From positions 54,966 through 118,965 of the forward strand of contig CALXMK010000006.1 of NCBI GenBank assembly GCA_944389455.1: a DNA stretch of 64,000 bases, written 5' to 3'. The stretch comes from an uncultured Verrucomicrobiota bacterium. Its GTDB lineage: Bacteria; Verrucomicrobiota; Verrucomicrobiia; Limisphaerales; UBA1412. The translations under genes and the position numbers were made by a program. The notes under the pieces are model-generated. The model was not told where the DNA came from and searched no databases. It was given only the letters and a program-made list of their open reading frames with translations. Within the stretch, counting starts at the first letter, position 1, and every line of letters starts with the position of its first letter. This document shows positions 30,010 through 40,800 of this stretch, in pieces.

Positions 30010-31224
30010 TCAATTTTGTTGCTCTAATTCTATTCCCTTCATTTCTGCAACTTTGGTTCCTAAAATTCTTTGAAGTCCCAAAACATTTCCTTTTCCATCA
30101 GGATGAACTCGATTAGATAAGAATATATAAAATATCCCCTCATTAGGAAGAATCCACATGCTTGTACCTGTAAAACCTGTATGACCAAAAGATTCTCCAG
30201 CTGGGAAAATATTGCCACGAGGACTACTATAACCAGTGGCAACATCCCAACCTAAACTGCGTTTATCTTTTAGAGCTTTAGGAGATTGGATAGTTGCCAT
30301 TAAATGGACTGTTTCCGGTTTTAAAAGTTGTTTCTTTAGTTTTTTACCATAACGCCCCTGATGGAGAAGCATGTTACAATATATGCTTAAATCAGATACA
30401 GTGCTAAAAACACCAGCATGCCCAGCAATGCCATCCATATTTCGTGCTGTAGGATCATGAACAACTCCACATAAAATTTTGTTATTTACTTTTTGTGTCG
30501 GAGCAATACGTGATAATTTATCGCTACTTGGATTATATCCTGTATCAATCATTCCTAATGGCAGATATATATTTTCCTTAGCAAATTTATCGATTTTCTC
30601 TCCGCTCACTGTCCTGACAATTTCGCCTAACAAGATAAAATTAATATCACTATAAACAAATTTGCTTCCTGGTTCTTGTTTTGGAAGCTCTTTGCAAGCA
30701 GTTGCTATGCCTTCATCATAGCCTTTCCATCCTTTTGTGCTGTATCCTGGCCTAAGACCAGATGTATGAGTTAATAAATGTCTTATAGTGATACTCTTCT
30801 GGAGATCATTAGTAAAAGCAGGTAAATAGGTAAAGGCCGGAGCGTCTATATCCAAAAGTCCACGTTCCCATAACATCATAATACTTGGAGCTGTAGCTAC
30901 AACTTTTGTTAAGGATGCTAAGTCATAGATAGTATCTACAGAATTAGTTTCAATATTAGGAGATAAAGATTTATTGCCATATACTTGGACCCATTCTAAT
31001 TGAGCTTCATTATTTGGCTTTTCGATATGGAGAAAGAATATTCCTCCTGGGGTGTTGCCATCATGAATACACTCATTAACAGCTAAATCAATTTCATCCA
31101 ATTTTGATTCATTTAGTGTATTAAGCAATTCTTGACTTTTAATAGACGATGTTGAACATCCTATTTGTACAATAACTATAGCAGATAAAACTGCTGCAAA
31201 AAGTAGTAAAAATCTATTTATCAT
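30010..31224 (-). CDS. Serine hydrolase, beta-lactamase class C / AmiE-like family, probable lipoprotein
   Basis: SxxK motif YDLASLTK, LLTHTSG, YSD, GVVHDP, GHAG, GHTGFTG; lipobox-like QIGC. Confidence 0.88.
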   Translation of the reverse strand: MINRFLLLFAAVLSAIVIVQIGCSTSSIKSQELLNTLNESKLDEIDLAVNECIHDGNTPGGIFFLHIEKPNNEAQLEWVQVYGNKSLSPNIETNSVDTIYDLASLTKVVATAPSIMMLWERGLLDIDAPAFTYLPAFTNDLQKSITIRHLLTHTSGLRPGYSTKGWKGYDEGIATACKELPKQEPGSKFVYSDINFILLGEIVRTVSGEKIDKFAKENIYLPLGMIDTGYNPSSDKLSRIAPTQKVNNKILCGVVHDPTARNMDGIAGHAGVFSTVSDLSIYCNMLLHQGRYGKKLKKQLLKPETVHLMATIQSPKALKDKRSLGWDVATGYSSPRGNIFPAGESFGHTGFTGTSMWILPNEGIFYIFLSNRVHPDGKGNVLGLQRILGTKVAEMKGIELEQQN

Positions 31225-31256
31225 AATATCTTAGATTAATTATATTCATATCTATT

Positions 31257-32255
31257 TCAAATGGAAAAGGTATCCATTTGTTCAGATTTTTGTGTTCGTC
31301 CGATCAGGTGAGTTATCGATTCTTTGATATCTTTATTTTCGTGAAGGATTGAATAAATTTCGCTGATAATAGGGGCATCAATTTGATGTTTTTGAATAAG
31401 TCTTTTAGCAGAGGCTGCCGTAGGCACTCCTTCTGCCACTGCATTCATCCCAGCAAGAATATCCTTAATTTTTTCTCCTCTTCCTAAATGCTCACCAACA
31501 TATCGATTACGGCTCAAAGGAGAAAAACATGTTACCATTAAATCTCCTAATCCACTTAATCCAACAAAGGTCTCTGGCCTAGCTCCAAGAGCAACTCCTA
31601 AACGCCGTATTTCAACAATTGCTCTTGTAAGAAGAGCAGCCTTGGAGTTTGCACCGAATCCCATTCCATCACAAATCCCAGCTCCAATTGCAATAATATT
31701 TTTAAGAGCGCCACCTAATTCTACTCCAATTATATCATTGCCAGTATAAACCCTGAAAACAGGGGAGTGAAACAATTCTTGAGCTAACAATGCATGTTCT
31801 GGCGAATGACTTGCTGCAACAACGGCAGTAGGAATACCTTGAATAACCTCTCCTGCTAGAGAAGGTCCTGATAGGGCTACTGGAATACAATTAGGAATAG
31901 TTTCTTTAAGAATACCTGACATAGTCAAGCCGCTCTCAAACTCAATTCCCTTTGTTACAGAGATTACAGGACCTTTAAAAGTTGCAATAGTCTCAGTTGA
32001 CTGGCGAAAATATTGTGAAGCAATGGCTACAACAACCACATCTGCGTTTTTGGTAGCAATGTGTATATCATCTTCTATAATAAAATTCTCGGGGAATAAA
32101 ATTCCTTTGATTACCGAGTTAATTTTATGAGTATTACGGATTTCTTCTAATTGCCATCTTAATGCACTCCAAAGGGTAATTTGATGTCCATTCTTTGCTA
32201 GAAGAAGGGAGAGTGCTGAGCCCCAGGCTCCTGTTCCTAAAATTGTAATTTTCAT
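31257..32255 (-). CDS. gpsA: NAD(P)H-dependent glycerol-3-phosphate dehydrogenase
   Basis: GTGAWG, TKGIE, LSGPS, GGALKNI, GLGDLMVTC, SRNR. Confidence 0.97.
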   Translation of the reverse strand: MKITILGTGAWGSALSLLLAKNGHQITLWSALRWQLEEIRNTHKINSVIKGILFPENFIIEDDIHIATKNADVVVVAIASQYFRQSTETIATFKGPVISVTKGIEFESGLTMSGILKETIPNCIPVALSGPSLAGEVIQGIPTAVVAASHSPEHALLAQELFHSPVFRVYTGNDIIGVELGGALKNIIAIGAGICDGMGFGANSKAALLTRAIVEIRRLGVALGARPETFVGLSGLGDLMVTCFSPLSRNRYVGEHLGRGEKIKDILAGMNAVAEGVPTAASAKRLIQKHQIDAPIISEIYSILHENKDIKESITHLIGRTQKSEQMDTFSI

Positions 32256-32899
32256 GATCTATTTTTGGGTCCTAATCGATTCTCTGTCCCATTCAAAAGA
32301 CGTTTAATATTGCTTCTATGCCGATAAATTACCAGAAGAGCAATCACAACAGTAATAGAACTGATCAGAAGGTTATGGTAAATCAAATAAACAGAAAACG
32401 GTAAACAAATAGCTGCTAAAATCGAAGAAAGAGATACATAACGGCTTAGAAATATAGTTATGCTAAACACTAGCAAACAGATTCCTAAGGCAAGGGGAGT
32501 AATTGTTAAAAATACTCCGGCAGAAGTTGCGATTCCTTTGCCGCCTTTAAATTTTAGCCAAAAAGTAAAACTATGTCCTAAAATAGCCCCTAATCCAGCA
32601 ATAATCATCAACAAAGAGGCTGTATCATCACTTATTGGAACACCAGTCCATTCTGTTGCAATGATAGGGGCTAATAGACAAGATAAAAAACCTTTAAAAG
32701 CATCTGCCAAAAGAACAACTGATGCAGCTTTAGCCCCTAGAATCCGAAATGCATTTGTGGCACCAATATTACCGCTCCCTTGTTTGCGAATGTCTACTCC
32801 CTTGAGTTTTCCGATAAGATAGCCAGAAGGGATTGCTCCTAAGAAATAGGATATGGCAACAATAGTCACAATGAGAAACGGTGAACAATCCTCCAACAT
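32252..32899 (-). CDS. plsY: Glycerol-3-phosphate acyltransferase PlsY
   Basis: GSGNIGATNAFR, FKGGKGIATS, HRSNIKRL. Confidence 0.96.
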   Translation of the reverse strand: MLEDCSPFLIVTIVAISYFLGAIPSGYLIGKLKGVDIRKQGSGNIGATNAFRILGAKAASVVLLADAFKGFLSCLLAPIIATEWTGVPISDDTASLLMIIAGLGAILGHSFTFWLKFKGGKGIATSAGVFLTITPLALGICLLVFSITIFLSRYVSLSSILAAICLPFSVYLIYHNLLISSITVVIALLVIYRHRSNIKRLLNGTENRLGPKNRS

Positions 32900-32923
32900 A
32901 GCAAGTATAGAAAATAATTATAA

Positions 32924-33757
32924 TTACCTTTTTCTCTTAAATTGTTCTGAAGCAGGGATGTGAGATGTTTTATGAGTATCTTCTTGCTCTAATTCAGTCC
33001 CTTCAGGTGCAGCCTGAGGCTCTTCATATTTTATTCCCATTCTATCCAGATGCTGACGTGCCTTTTCTGCAGCTGCGGTAAATTCGTAATCACGCGCAAT
33101 CTTTTTCATTAAGTGGATAGCATCATTAGGACGATTTAATTTACTTATGTAGAGATTGCATAAGTGGATGGCTGTCCAACCCCATTGTTCATCAGGTAGG
33201 TTGTATTTTAAAACTTCTTCATACTCCAGCGCTGCCGCAAGATAATTATGGACATCTTTTTCATATATTTCGGCAATACGAATGGAGGCATGAATTTCTG
33301 TCGGATTTTCTTTTAAATAGGCTCTGAAGATTTCAATAGCTTCTAGAAAATTTCCTTTAGTCCATTCTTCTTCTGCTTTTTCATAATCTACTTTATTAAT
33401 GAATTTCTGTAGATCAGGACTTCCGTGGAGCGTATCAACGAGTTTATCTGCAAATAATGCAGAAAGCTGACGTCCCACAGTCAATCCTAGCGCAATGCCA
33501 AACAATAGAAAAAGAGCTCCGTAGATGAAAAGAGAACTGATATTAACTTGCCCAACAGTAGCATTAACTTTAGTTTCACTATTAATGTTTTCCTCGATAT
33601 CTATTTGATTATCAGGAGAATGAAACATGTATTTATCATAGTTCGCCTTAAATAATAGCCCAAAAGTGCAAGTTCCTAAAATCAGGATCGCATAAAAAAC
33701 AATCTTAAGTTTTTGAGCTTTGGTCAATAGCAGTCTTGACATAACAATACCATTCAC
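32924..33757 (-). CDS. Membrane protein with two TM helices and C-terminal TPR-like repeats
   Basis: Two hydrophobic segments followed by TPR-like helices. True start may be ATG 33742. Confidence 0.75.
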   Translation of the reverse strand: MNGIVMSRLLLTKAQKLKIVFYAILILGTCTFGLLFKANYDKYMFHSPDNQIDIEENINSETKVNATVGQVNISSLFIYGALFLLFGIALGLTVGRQLSALFADKLVDTLHGSPDLQKFINKVDYEKAEEEWTKGNFLEAIEIFRAYLKENPTEIHASIRIAEIYEKDVHNYLAAALEYEEVLKYNLPDEQWGWTAIHLCNLYISKLNRPNDAIHLMKKIARDYEFTAAAEKARQHLDRMGIKYEEPQAAPEGTELEQEDTHKTSHIPASEQFKRKR

Positions 33758-33860
33758 TCACTTTTAAGTGCCAAGCAATATTATCCAAAAATATACGACG
33801 AAATGTCCAGTGAAAACATCTTATTCAGCCAATAAGATATTTCAAAAAGAAATATCTTAG

Positions 33861-33893
33861 AAAAAATAAAGCAGGAGTAAAAGCTCCTGCTTT
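33861..33893 (-). terminator. Intrinsic terminator of htpG
   Basis: GCAGGAG/CTCCTGC stem followed by a T-rich tract on the minus strand. Confidence 0.75.
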
Positions 33894-33914
33894 GGCATAT
33901 CAAAGCAAATTAAG

Positions 33915-35798
33915 TTATTTGAAAGATTGTTTTAATGTTTTTTCCATTAAATTGTTCATTCGTTTTATGAGAGGAGAAAAATCTTCTACAAGGCCTGCCG
34001 CAATACACGCATTGTCATAAATTTGACTGGCAATCTCTTCAGCAATAGGATTATGGTTATCCCACGCTTTATAAAGTTCACAAATAATTGGACTTGCAGG
34101 ATTAATCTCAAGGTTATAATTAACTGTATTCAGCGCATCTTCTTCTTTTTGAAGAGATTTCAATAATTTGCGCATGGCAGTTGTCATATACTTATCTTCT
34201 GAAACAATTGCGGCAGGACTGTCGATGAGGCGTTTAGAAATTTTAACCTCTTTTACTTTGTCACCTAGTAGTGTCTTAAACCATTCAACAATGTGTTTTG
34301 ATTGTTCTTCATTTAATTTCTCTGCATTTGTTTCTACGGTAATTTCAGCCTGTTCGGCAGAACGAAGTTCTTTTTCTTCAAAACGCATGAGATTTTCCAT
34401 TACAAAACTATCAGCAGGATCGTAGCAGAAAATAACTTCCAAGTTCTGAGATTTTAATCCCTCGTAATAAGGGCTAGCTTCTGCTGCTTTCCGATGGGGA
34501 GCTACTAGGTAATAGATCTCTTTTTGATCAGTTTTCATGCGGCTAACATAATCAGTCAGAGATGTTGTTTTGCCTGCATCTGTAAAAGATGATTCAAAAC
34601 GCAATAACTTGGCTAGAGCATCGCGATGTTCAAAATCAGAAAGCACACCTTCTTTAATCATTCTGTTGAACTCGGAATAGAATTTATCATATTTCTCAGG
34701 ATCATTTTTTGATGTTTCTTCCAAAAATTTGATAAATCGTTTTGTAATAATCGTACTGAGCTTCTTCATTAAAGAAGAATCCTGCATTGTTTCCCTGGAG
34801 ATATTTAGTGGGAGATCTGCACTATCAATAACTCCCTTTACAAAACGCATCCACTCTGGGAGGAGTCCTTTTGCTTTAGAACCTTCAGAAATTAAAACTC
34901 GTCGGCAATAAAGACTTACGCCAGCCTGAAAACGCATAAATCCCATCTTTTCAATATTAGAATCAGGAACAAATAAGAGAGACTGTATTAGCAGGGGGGC
35001 ATCTGCAGTAAAATGTAATTTCAGTAAAGGTTCTTTTGTATCATGAGCAATATACTTATAAAATTCAGAATATTCTTCTGGTTTGATATCTACCTTGCTT
35101 CGGGCCCAAATAGCTTGAACTGTATTTAATTCTTTTCCGTTGAGGGAGATTGGAAATAGAATAAAAGATGAATACCTTTTTAAGATATTCTCCATCTCAT
35201 ATTGTTGAGTAAAATTCTGACAATTATCCTTAAGTGTCAAAATAACTTGTGTGCCACGTGGCAAATCAGCAACAGATTCTAACTCATACCCATCCATTCC
35301 AGAGCAGGTCCACTTATGTCCCTCAGCATCGGGTTTAAAAGAACGAGATAAAACAGTCACATTATTAGCAACCATAAAAGCTGAGTAGAATCCAACTCCA
35401 AATTGACCAATTAATGATTCCGCAGGATTCGAAGAATTTGCATTTGATCCATTATTCTTTTCATCGTCATTGGCAGCAACAGTTGATTGCAAAAATGCTT
35501 TAGTTCCTGAATGCGCAATTGTTCCCAAGTTCTCAATGAGCTCATCTCGAGTCATGCCACAGCCAGTATCGGTAAAAGTAATTTTCTTCTCTTTTTCATC
35601 AATTGTAACTGAGATAGTAGGGGGAATTTCTGGCTGAAAAATTGTTTGTCCAGAAGACTGCATAAAGCGAACTTTCTCACAAGCATCTGCAGCATTAGAA
35701 ACAAGTTCTCTTACAAAAACTTCCTTATCAGTGTAAAGAGAATTGATTACAATATCGAGGAACTTTTGAATCTCCGCTTGAAAACCATATTTTTCCAT
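33915..35798 (-). CDS. htpG: Chaperone HtpG (Hsp90)
   Basis: VFVRELVSNAADA, NLGTIAHSGT, IGQFGVGFYSAF, DLPLNISRE. Confidence 0.97.
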   Translation of the reverse strand: MEKYGFQAEIQKFLDIVINSLYTDKEVFVRELVSNAADACEKVRFMQSSGQTIFQPEIPPTISVTIDEKEKKITFTDTGCGMTRDELIENLGTIAHSGTKAFLQSTVAANDDEKNNGSNANSSNPAESLIGQFGVGFYSAFMVANNVTVLSRSFKPDAEGHKWTCSGMDGYELESVADLPRGTQVILTLKDNCQNFTQQYEMENILKRYSSFILFPISLNGKELNTVQAIWARSKVDIKPEEYSEFYKYIAHDTKEPLLKLHFTADAPLLIQSLLFVPDSNIEKMGFMRFQAGVSLYCRRVLISEGSKAKGLLPEWMRFVKGVIDSADLPLNISRETMQDSSLMKKLSTIITKRFIKFLEETSKNDPEKYDKFYSEFNRMIKEGVLSDFEHRDALAKLLRFESSFTDAGKTTSLTDYVSRMKTDQKEIYYLVAPHRKAAEASPYYEGLKSQNLEVIFCYDPADSFVMENLMRFEEKELRSAEQAEITVETNAEKLNEEQSKHIVEWFKTLLGDKVKEVKISKRLIDSPAAIVSEDKYMTTAMRKLLKSLQKEEDALNTVNYNLEINPASPIICELYKAWDNHNPIAEEIASQIYDNACIAAGLVEDFSPLIKRMNNLMEKTLKQSFK

Positions 35799-35842
35799 AT
35801 CAAAAAGAAAGAATACAAAAAGCAGAGGCTTACTCAGTAGTA

Positions 35843-35932
35843 TGGCGGAAGAGGGGAGATTCGAACTCCCGGATGCCTTGCGACATCTCCTGATTTCGAG
35901 TCAGGCGCCTTAGACCACTCAGCCACCCTTCC
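35843..35932 (-). tRNA. tRNA-Ser(CGA)
   Basis: GGAAGGGTGGCTGAGTGG...CCTGA-CT-CGA-AA-TCAGG, long variable arm, GTTCGAATC, encoded CCA; 90 nt. Confidence 0.97.
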
Positions 35933-36125
35933 ATTTGCTGACTAAAGCCAGCCTGCTGGACATATTATAGCATATCTATTTCTAATGTCCAGAGATGATA
36001 TTTCCTATAATAGGCAAACAGAAAGAAGAAGAAACAACTAAACTCAAACAACGAATAACGAATATTAAAAGAAATAAAAAAACACCTAATAATATTTCGC
36101 ACAATGTTTGTTATATTTAATAAAA

Positions 36126-36202
36126 TGGTGGGCGATGAGAGGCTCGAACTCCCGACCTACTGCGTGTAAAGCAGACGCGCTAACCAACTGTGCCAATCGC
36201 CC
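36126..36202 (-). tRNA. tRNA-Val(TAC)
   Basis: GGGCGATTGGCACAGTTGG...CTGC-TT-TAC-AC-GCAG...GTTCGAG...TCGCCCACCA; 77 nt. Confidence 0.96.
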
Positions 36203-36281
36203 ACAACTTTGCTCTGGCTTATCCAAAGCACAGAAACTCTACTCTAAATTATTTCTTTTAGCAAGTCTGAAAATAAATTTT

Positions 36282-36821
36282 TCAATCAATCTTCCTAGTT
36301 GTATCTGGAATACGGATCTTTTTAGAACCGATTTTTAAATAATACGCCTGCACATGGTACGGAACTACAACCCTTGCTGTTGTCGTAACTTTTTTTAATT
36401 TCCACCCATCTGCCTCAAATCCAGAGAGTGTTGACTCATTTCCTGTAAAATTTATTCTATATATTCCTAAAGTCTCTCCGTCTCGATTTAAAATTGAAAA
36501 TGTATCTTCTGAAGAAAAACCAGACCTCCATGGTAAAACTAAAGTACTCAAATCTTGATGCGTAAATTGACAGCTTGTAATGTGATAAGATGGTGAAATA
36601 ACGCCTTTGCGGCTAATAATCATATCTAAAAAGCCTTCTGTATATCTCTTTGAATAACTCTTTGTATCAAAGAAATTTGCATTATCCATAAATGCATCAT
36701 CATCACTAATGCATCCTATGAAAGTGAATGCTAGCATACATAAGCATGTAAGGCATTGTAGCTTATAATTATATCTTTTTGATCTATTTGAAGAAAACAC
36801 AGAAATATTGTCTTTTTCCAT
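36282..36821 (-). CDS. Hypothetical protein, possible lipoprotein
   Basis: ORF with a hydrophobic stretch ending FIGC; family not recognised. Confidence 0.55.
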   Translation of the reverse strand: MEKDNISVFSSNRSKRYNYKLQCLTCLCMLAFTFIGCISDDDAFMDNANFFDTKSYSKRYTEGFLDMIISRKGVISPSYHITSCQFTHQDLSTLVLPWRSGFSSEDTFSILNRDGETLGIYRINFTGNESTLSGFEADGWKLKKVTTTARVVVPYHVQAYYLKIGSKKIRIPDTTRKID

Positions 36822-36878
36822 CAGATTTCAGAGTACAAAATAATCAGAAAAAAAGAAAGTTTATTATCCTTCGAACGC

Positions 36879-36906
36879 TTGACATCAATTCTTTGCAGAT
36901 TAAACT
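36879..36906 (+). promoter_or_regulatory. Putative promoter producing a leaderless mRNA
   Basis: TTGACA-16 nt-TAAACT-6 nt-ATG(36913). Confidence 0.6.
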
Positions 36907-36912
36907 AGAAGC

Positions 36913-37194
36913 ATGGCGGCAAAACCGACAGATCGAAATCAATCTTCTCGCAATATGCTTTTAGGAATTGGGTTAGATTCTGATGGACACAAAAGAATCA
37001 CTACAGGTGAAAATTTCAAATTGATTGGTGGGTCAGAAGAAACTCATGAAGTAATGACTGAGAAAGTTATCAAAATAAATGAAAAACTCTCTCGTAGAGG
37101 CAAAAATCTTGATACAGTTTCGCGTGCTGAATTCGAGGATATTGCTAATTCTGTTGGGCTCAAGTCTTTTCATCCTAAGAAACCCGAAAATTAG
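36913..37194 (+). CDS. Small soluble hypothetical protein
   Basis: LLGIGLDSDGHKRITTGENFKLIGGSEETHEVM reads as a conserved uncharacterised family; a promoter lies directly upstream. Confidence 0.8.
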   Translation: MAAKPTDRNQSSRNMLLGIGLDSDGHKRITTGENFKLIGGSEETHEVMTEKVIKINEKLSRRGKNLDTVSRAEFEDIANSVGLKSFHPKKPEN

Positions 37195-37207
37195 CTAATT
37201 CTTATTA

Positions 37208-37726
37208 TTGGTTTCAATGAGCAAATATCCTCTTTATTCTACGCTTATTCTATTGATGCCAGAAATAGCTGTTTCCTTCTTTGCTTTCTGTGCTTATATT
37301 CTGGGGAAGTTTACACATCTAAATCAAAAAGCACCTTTTCATTGTTTTTCTCTTTTCTTTTCAATTGTAGGATTATTCTTATCTTTACTCCCACTTTTCT
37401 TTTATCATCACATTCTCTCTTTAAAACCAGATCTAAACTTGTATACTCCGGCAGTTCATCTTAATCTAGAGATTATTTGTGTTAAGATTCTAATCATTAT
37501 ACTGGCAATTATCTCCCTCTTCTTCTTTAAAAATGCAATAGCTAAATCAAAAAGAAAAAACAAAATTATTCACCCTTCCGTAATTCTGCTTTTTGTCTCA
37601 AGCATTCTATTTTTCATCTCTGCCACTAATCCAGCAGCAGCCCTCGCTATTCTGTTTTTTGTTATTTTTCTAATTTTTATCGTTTACAAACAGAAGCAGT
37701 CTGTATTTCCCTCTTGTGAAAATTGA
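37208..37726 (+). CDS. Membrane protein resembling the N-terminal helices of NuoN (possible remnant)
   Basis: LLMPEIAV, VKILIIILAIISLFF and ILLFVSSILFFISATN parallel NuoN TM1-TM4; the ORF ends at 172 aa. Confidence 0.5.
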   Translation: MVSMSKYPLYSTLILLMPEIAVSFFAFCAYILGKFTHLNQKAPFHCFSLFFSIVGLFLSLLPLFFYHHILSLKPDLNLYTPAVHLNLEIICVKILIIILAIISLFFFKNAIAKSKRKNKIIHPSVILLFVSSILFFISATNPAAALAILFFVIFLIFIVYKQKQSVFPSCEN

Positions 37727-37790
37727 GTTATTAATCTCCTCATTCCTCTTTATTCACTGAATATCAGAATTTCTTTTTTCTTTTAAGTAT

Positions 37791-37821
37791 AAAAAAGCTA
37801 GGAGTAGTTACTACTAGCTTT
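37791..37821 (-). terminator. Intrinsic terminator of the RND operon
   Basis: AAAGCTAG...CTAGCTTT stem; T6 on the minus strand. Confidence 0.6.
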
Positions 37822-37843
37822 CTAAAATAAGAATATATTTTAA

Positions 37844-40800
37844 TTATTTCATTGAAGCAGTTTGTGAAAGAGAGACTAATTCTTTCCTTTTCTCTCTATT
37901 CCAGTGAACACTTATCCAGTTTCTCAAATCCTCGAAATAAAGATAAATAACCGGAGTGATATACAAAGTAATCACTTGGCTCACTAACAATCCTCCTGTT
38001 ACAGAGAGCCCTAGAGGTTGACGTGCTTCTCCTCCTGCACCATATCCAAAAGCAATTGGCAAAGCTCCTGTAATTGCAGCCAGAGTTGTCATCATAATTG
38101 GTCTAAATCTCAGAATACAGCCTTTAAAAATAGCCTCTTCAGGAGAACTTCCACTGCGTTGTGCTTCCAAAGCGAAGTCTATTATCATGATTGCGTTCTT
38201 CTTCACGATGCCGACAAGCATAATTAATCCCACAAAGCCATAAATATTCAAATCTAAACCAAAAAGCATGAGCGTGATTAATGCACCAAATCCAGCCGCA
38301 GGCAATCCTGATAGAATGGTTAACGGATGAATAAAGCTTTCATAGAGAATACCTAAAATAATGTATATGATTAATACACAAAAAATTAGCAACATTCCCA
38401 TTCCTTTCATGGAAGATTGAAATGCTTCTGCTTGTCCTTGGAATCGGCCTGTAATACTACTAGGCATATTCATTGATTGTGCAATAGATTCAATTTGTTC
38501 AACTACAGTACCTAATGCAACTCCAGGAGCCAAATTAAAGGAAAGAGTAACTGCTGGAAGCTGTCCATAATGGCTTACACTCATAGGGCCAAATCCCCTC
38601 TCCCAAGTTGCAACTGTAGAAAGAGGAATCAGATTCCCTTCTTCAGAACGGACGTAGACTGTTTCTAATGTCTCAGGGGTTCTTTGCAGTTCAGGTAGTG
38701 TTTCTAAAAGAACAGAATATTGATCTACCGAGGCATAGATTGTGGAAATTTGCCTTGTACCATATGCATTATATAAGGCGTTTTCTACATCATCAACGGT
38801 TAATCCCATGGAGGCAACCTTATCACGATCAATAGTTACGTTTAATTGAGGATTCTTGATAAGCAAATCACTGGCGACATCTCGAATTCCAGGGATATTC
38901 TGAATAGCAGCTTGAAGTTTGGGAGCCCAAAGATAAAGCTCATGCAAATTGATGCCTTGAAGAGTATATTGATAAAGGCTTTTACTTGAAAGACCACCAA
39001 TCCGAACTATTGGAGGATTAGATAAATAAACTTTTACACCTGGAACTGTTTGTAACTTAGGGCGAAGCTCTTGTATTATTTGATCTACATGCTTTTTCCG
39101 TTCCTTCATTGGTTTCAGGCGAATGCTGATACTTCCACTGTTTTGTGAATTTTGATTTCCAACATTTGAAGTGAAATTTAATACTTCAGGGCATGCTGCC
39201 ACTATCTTATTTAAGGCTAGAATATGTCTTTCCATAGACTCGAATGATATACCTTCTATACCTTCAACATTGATATCCAGAGTACCTGTATCTTCACTTG
39301 GGAAAAAGCCTTTAGGAATAATAATAAATAACCATGCACTCAGACCTATGACAACAAAAGTAAACATCAAAGTGACAAACCTATGTTTAAAAACAATCTT
39401 GAGAGTTTTTGTATAAAAATTAATTAAACTCTGGAAACTTTTTTCAATTCCTTCATAAAAAACATTATGCTTTTTTTCAGGATGATAACTGATAAAACGG
39501 CTACACATCAGCGGAGTCAATGTTAATGAAACAAATCCTGAAATAAGCACAGCAGAAATGATTGTAACTGCAAATTCATGCAGTAACCTACCTAATAATC
39601 CCCCCATGAAAAGAACCGGCAAAAAGACCGCAGCCAAACTGAGTGTAATTGATATAATAGTAAAACCAATCTCTTTAGAGCCTCTAATAGCAGCTTCCAT
39701 GCGACTAGCTCCATTTTCACGATGGCGCATAATGTTTTCCAACATTACGATTGCGTCATCAACAACAAATCCTACACTCAATGTCAATGCCATCAAAGTT
39801 AAGTTATTCAAGCTATAATCAAAATAATGGATAATGGCAAAAGTTCCAATGATAGACATTGGAATGGCTAATGTGGGAATAATTGTTGCGGATATATTTC
39901 TTAAAAACAGAAATATAACCATAATAACTAATGCTACAGTCAACTTTAGTGTAAATTTGACATCTGCGACAGATTCTCGGATAGTAGCAGCTCTATCATA
40001 AAATGGATTAACTTCTACTGATGGAGGAAGTTGTGATGCCAATGAAGGTAACACCTCTTTAACAGAATCGACCAATGCAACAGTATTTACTCCTGGTTGG
40101 CGGTAGACGGCTAAAACAATAGAGCGCTCATCCATATACCAACTGGACCTTTTATCGTTTTCAATGCTGTCTATAACCCTGCCCAATTGCTCAAGACGAA
40201 CAGGGTTGCCATTCTGGTATGACACGATAAGTGGTCGATAATATTCAGCTTTCTCCAACTGACCACCAGCTTCAATTGTAAAAGACTGTTCATCTCCTTG
40301 AAGACTCCCGTTTGGTAAATTGACATTAGCTTTTTCTACAGCAGTACTGATATTAGCAACACTTACTCCCTTAGCTGCTAATGCATCAGGATTTAATTGA
40401 ATACGGACAGCATATTTTTTCCCTCCCCAGATATCAACTTTTGCAACGCCGGTTACCATGCTAATAGCTCGGCCAAGAATATTTTCTGCATATTCATTTA
40501 CCTCGTACATCGGCAAAGAAGAAGAATGAACTCCTATAAATAAAACAGGTCTATCTGCCGGATTCTGTTTATTATAAGATGGTGGAGTGTTCATATCTTT
40601 TGGCAGACGCCGCTGAACACGAGAAATAGCAGACTGAACATCTTGAGCTGCACTATCAATATCACGATCCAAAGAAAATTGAATAGTAATCCTTGTGCTT
40701 CCAAGTGAGCTGACGGAATTAATGGAATCAACCCCATCTATACTAGAAAACTGTCTTTCCAATGGTGTAGCAACCGTTGCAGCCATAGTCTCAGGGCTAG

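Noticed and set aside
30010-31224. Beta-lactam resistance gene
   Set aside because: The YSD, VHDP and GHAG motifs fit the esterase/amidase (AmiE-like) branch; resistance cannot be inferred.
36015-36085. A-rich short repeats (AAACAAC, AACGAAT) between the tRNAs
   Set aside because: Low-complexity spacer with no regular repeat-spacer period; not CRISPR.
36108-36338. 76 aa ORF (WWAMRGSNSRPTACKADAL)
   Set aside because: Antisense translation of tRNA-Val.
35843-37726. Possible tRNA-anchored genomic island
   Set aside because: No integrase and no duplicated tRNA 3' end (att site) seen; the hypothetical genes lie upstream of the tRNAs.
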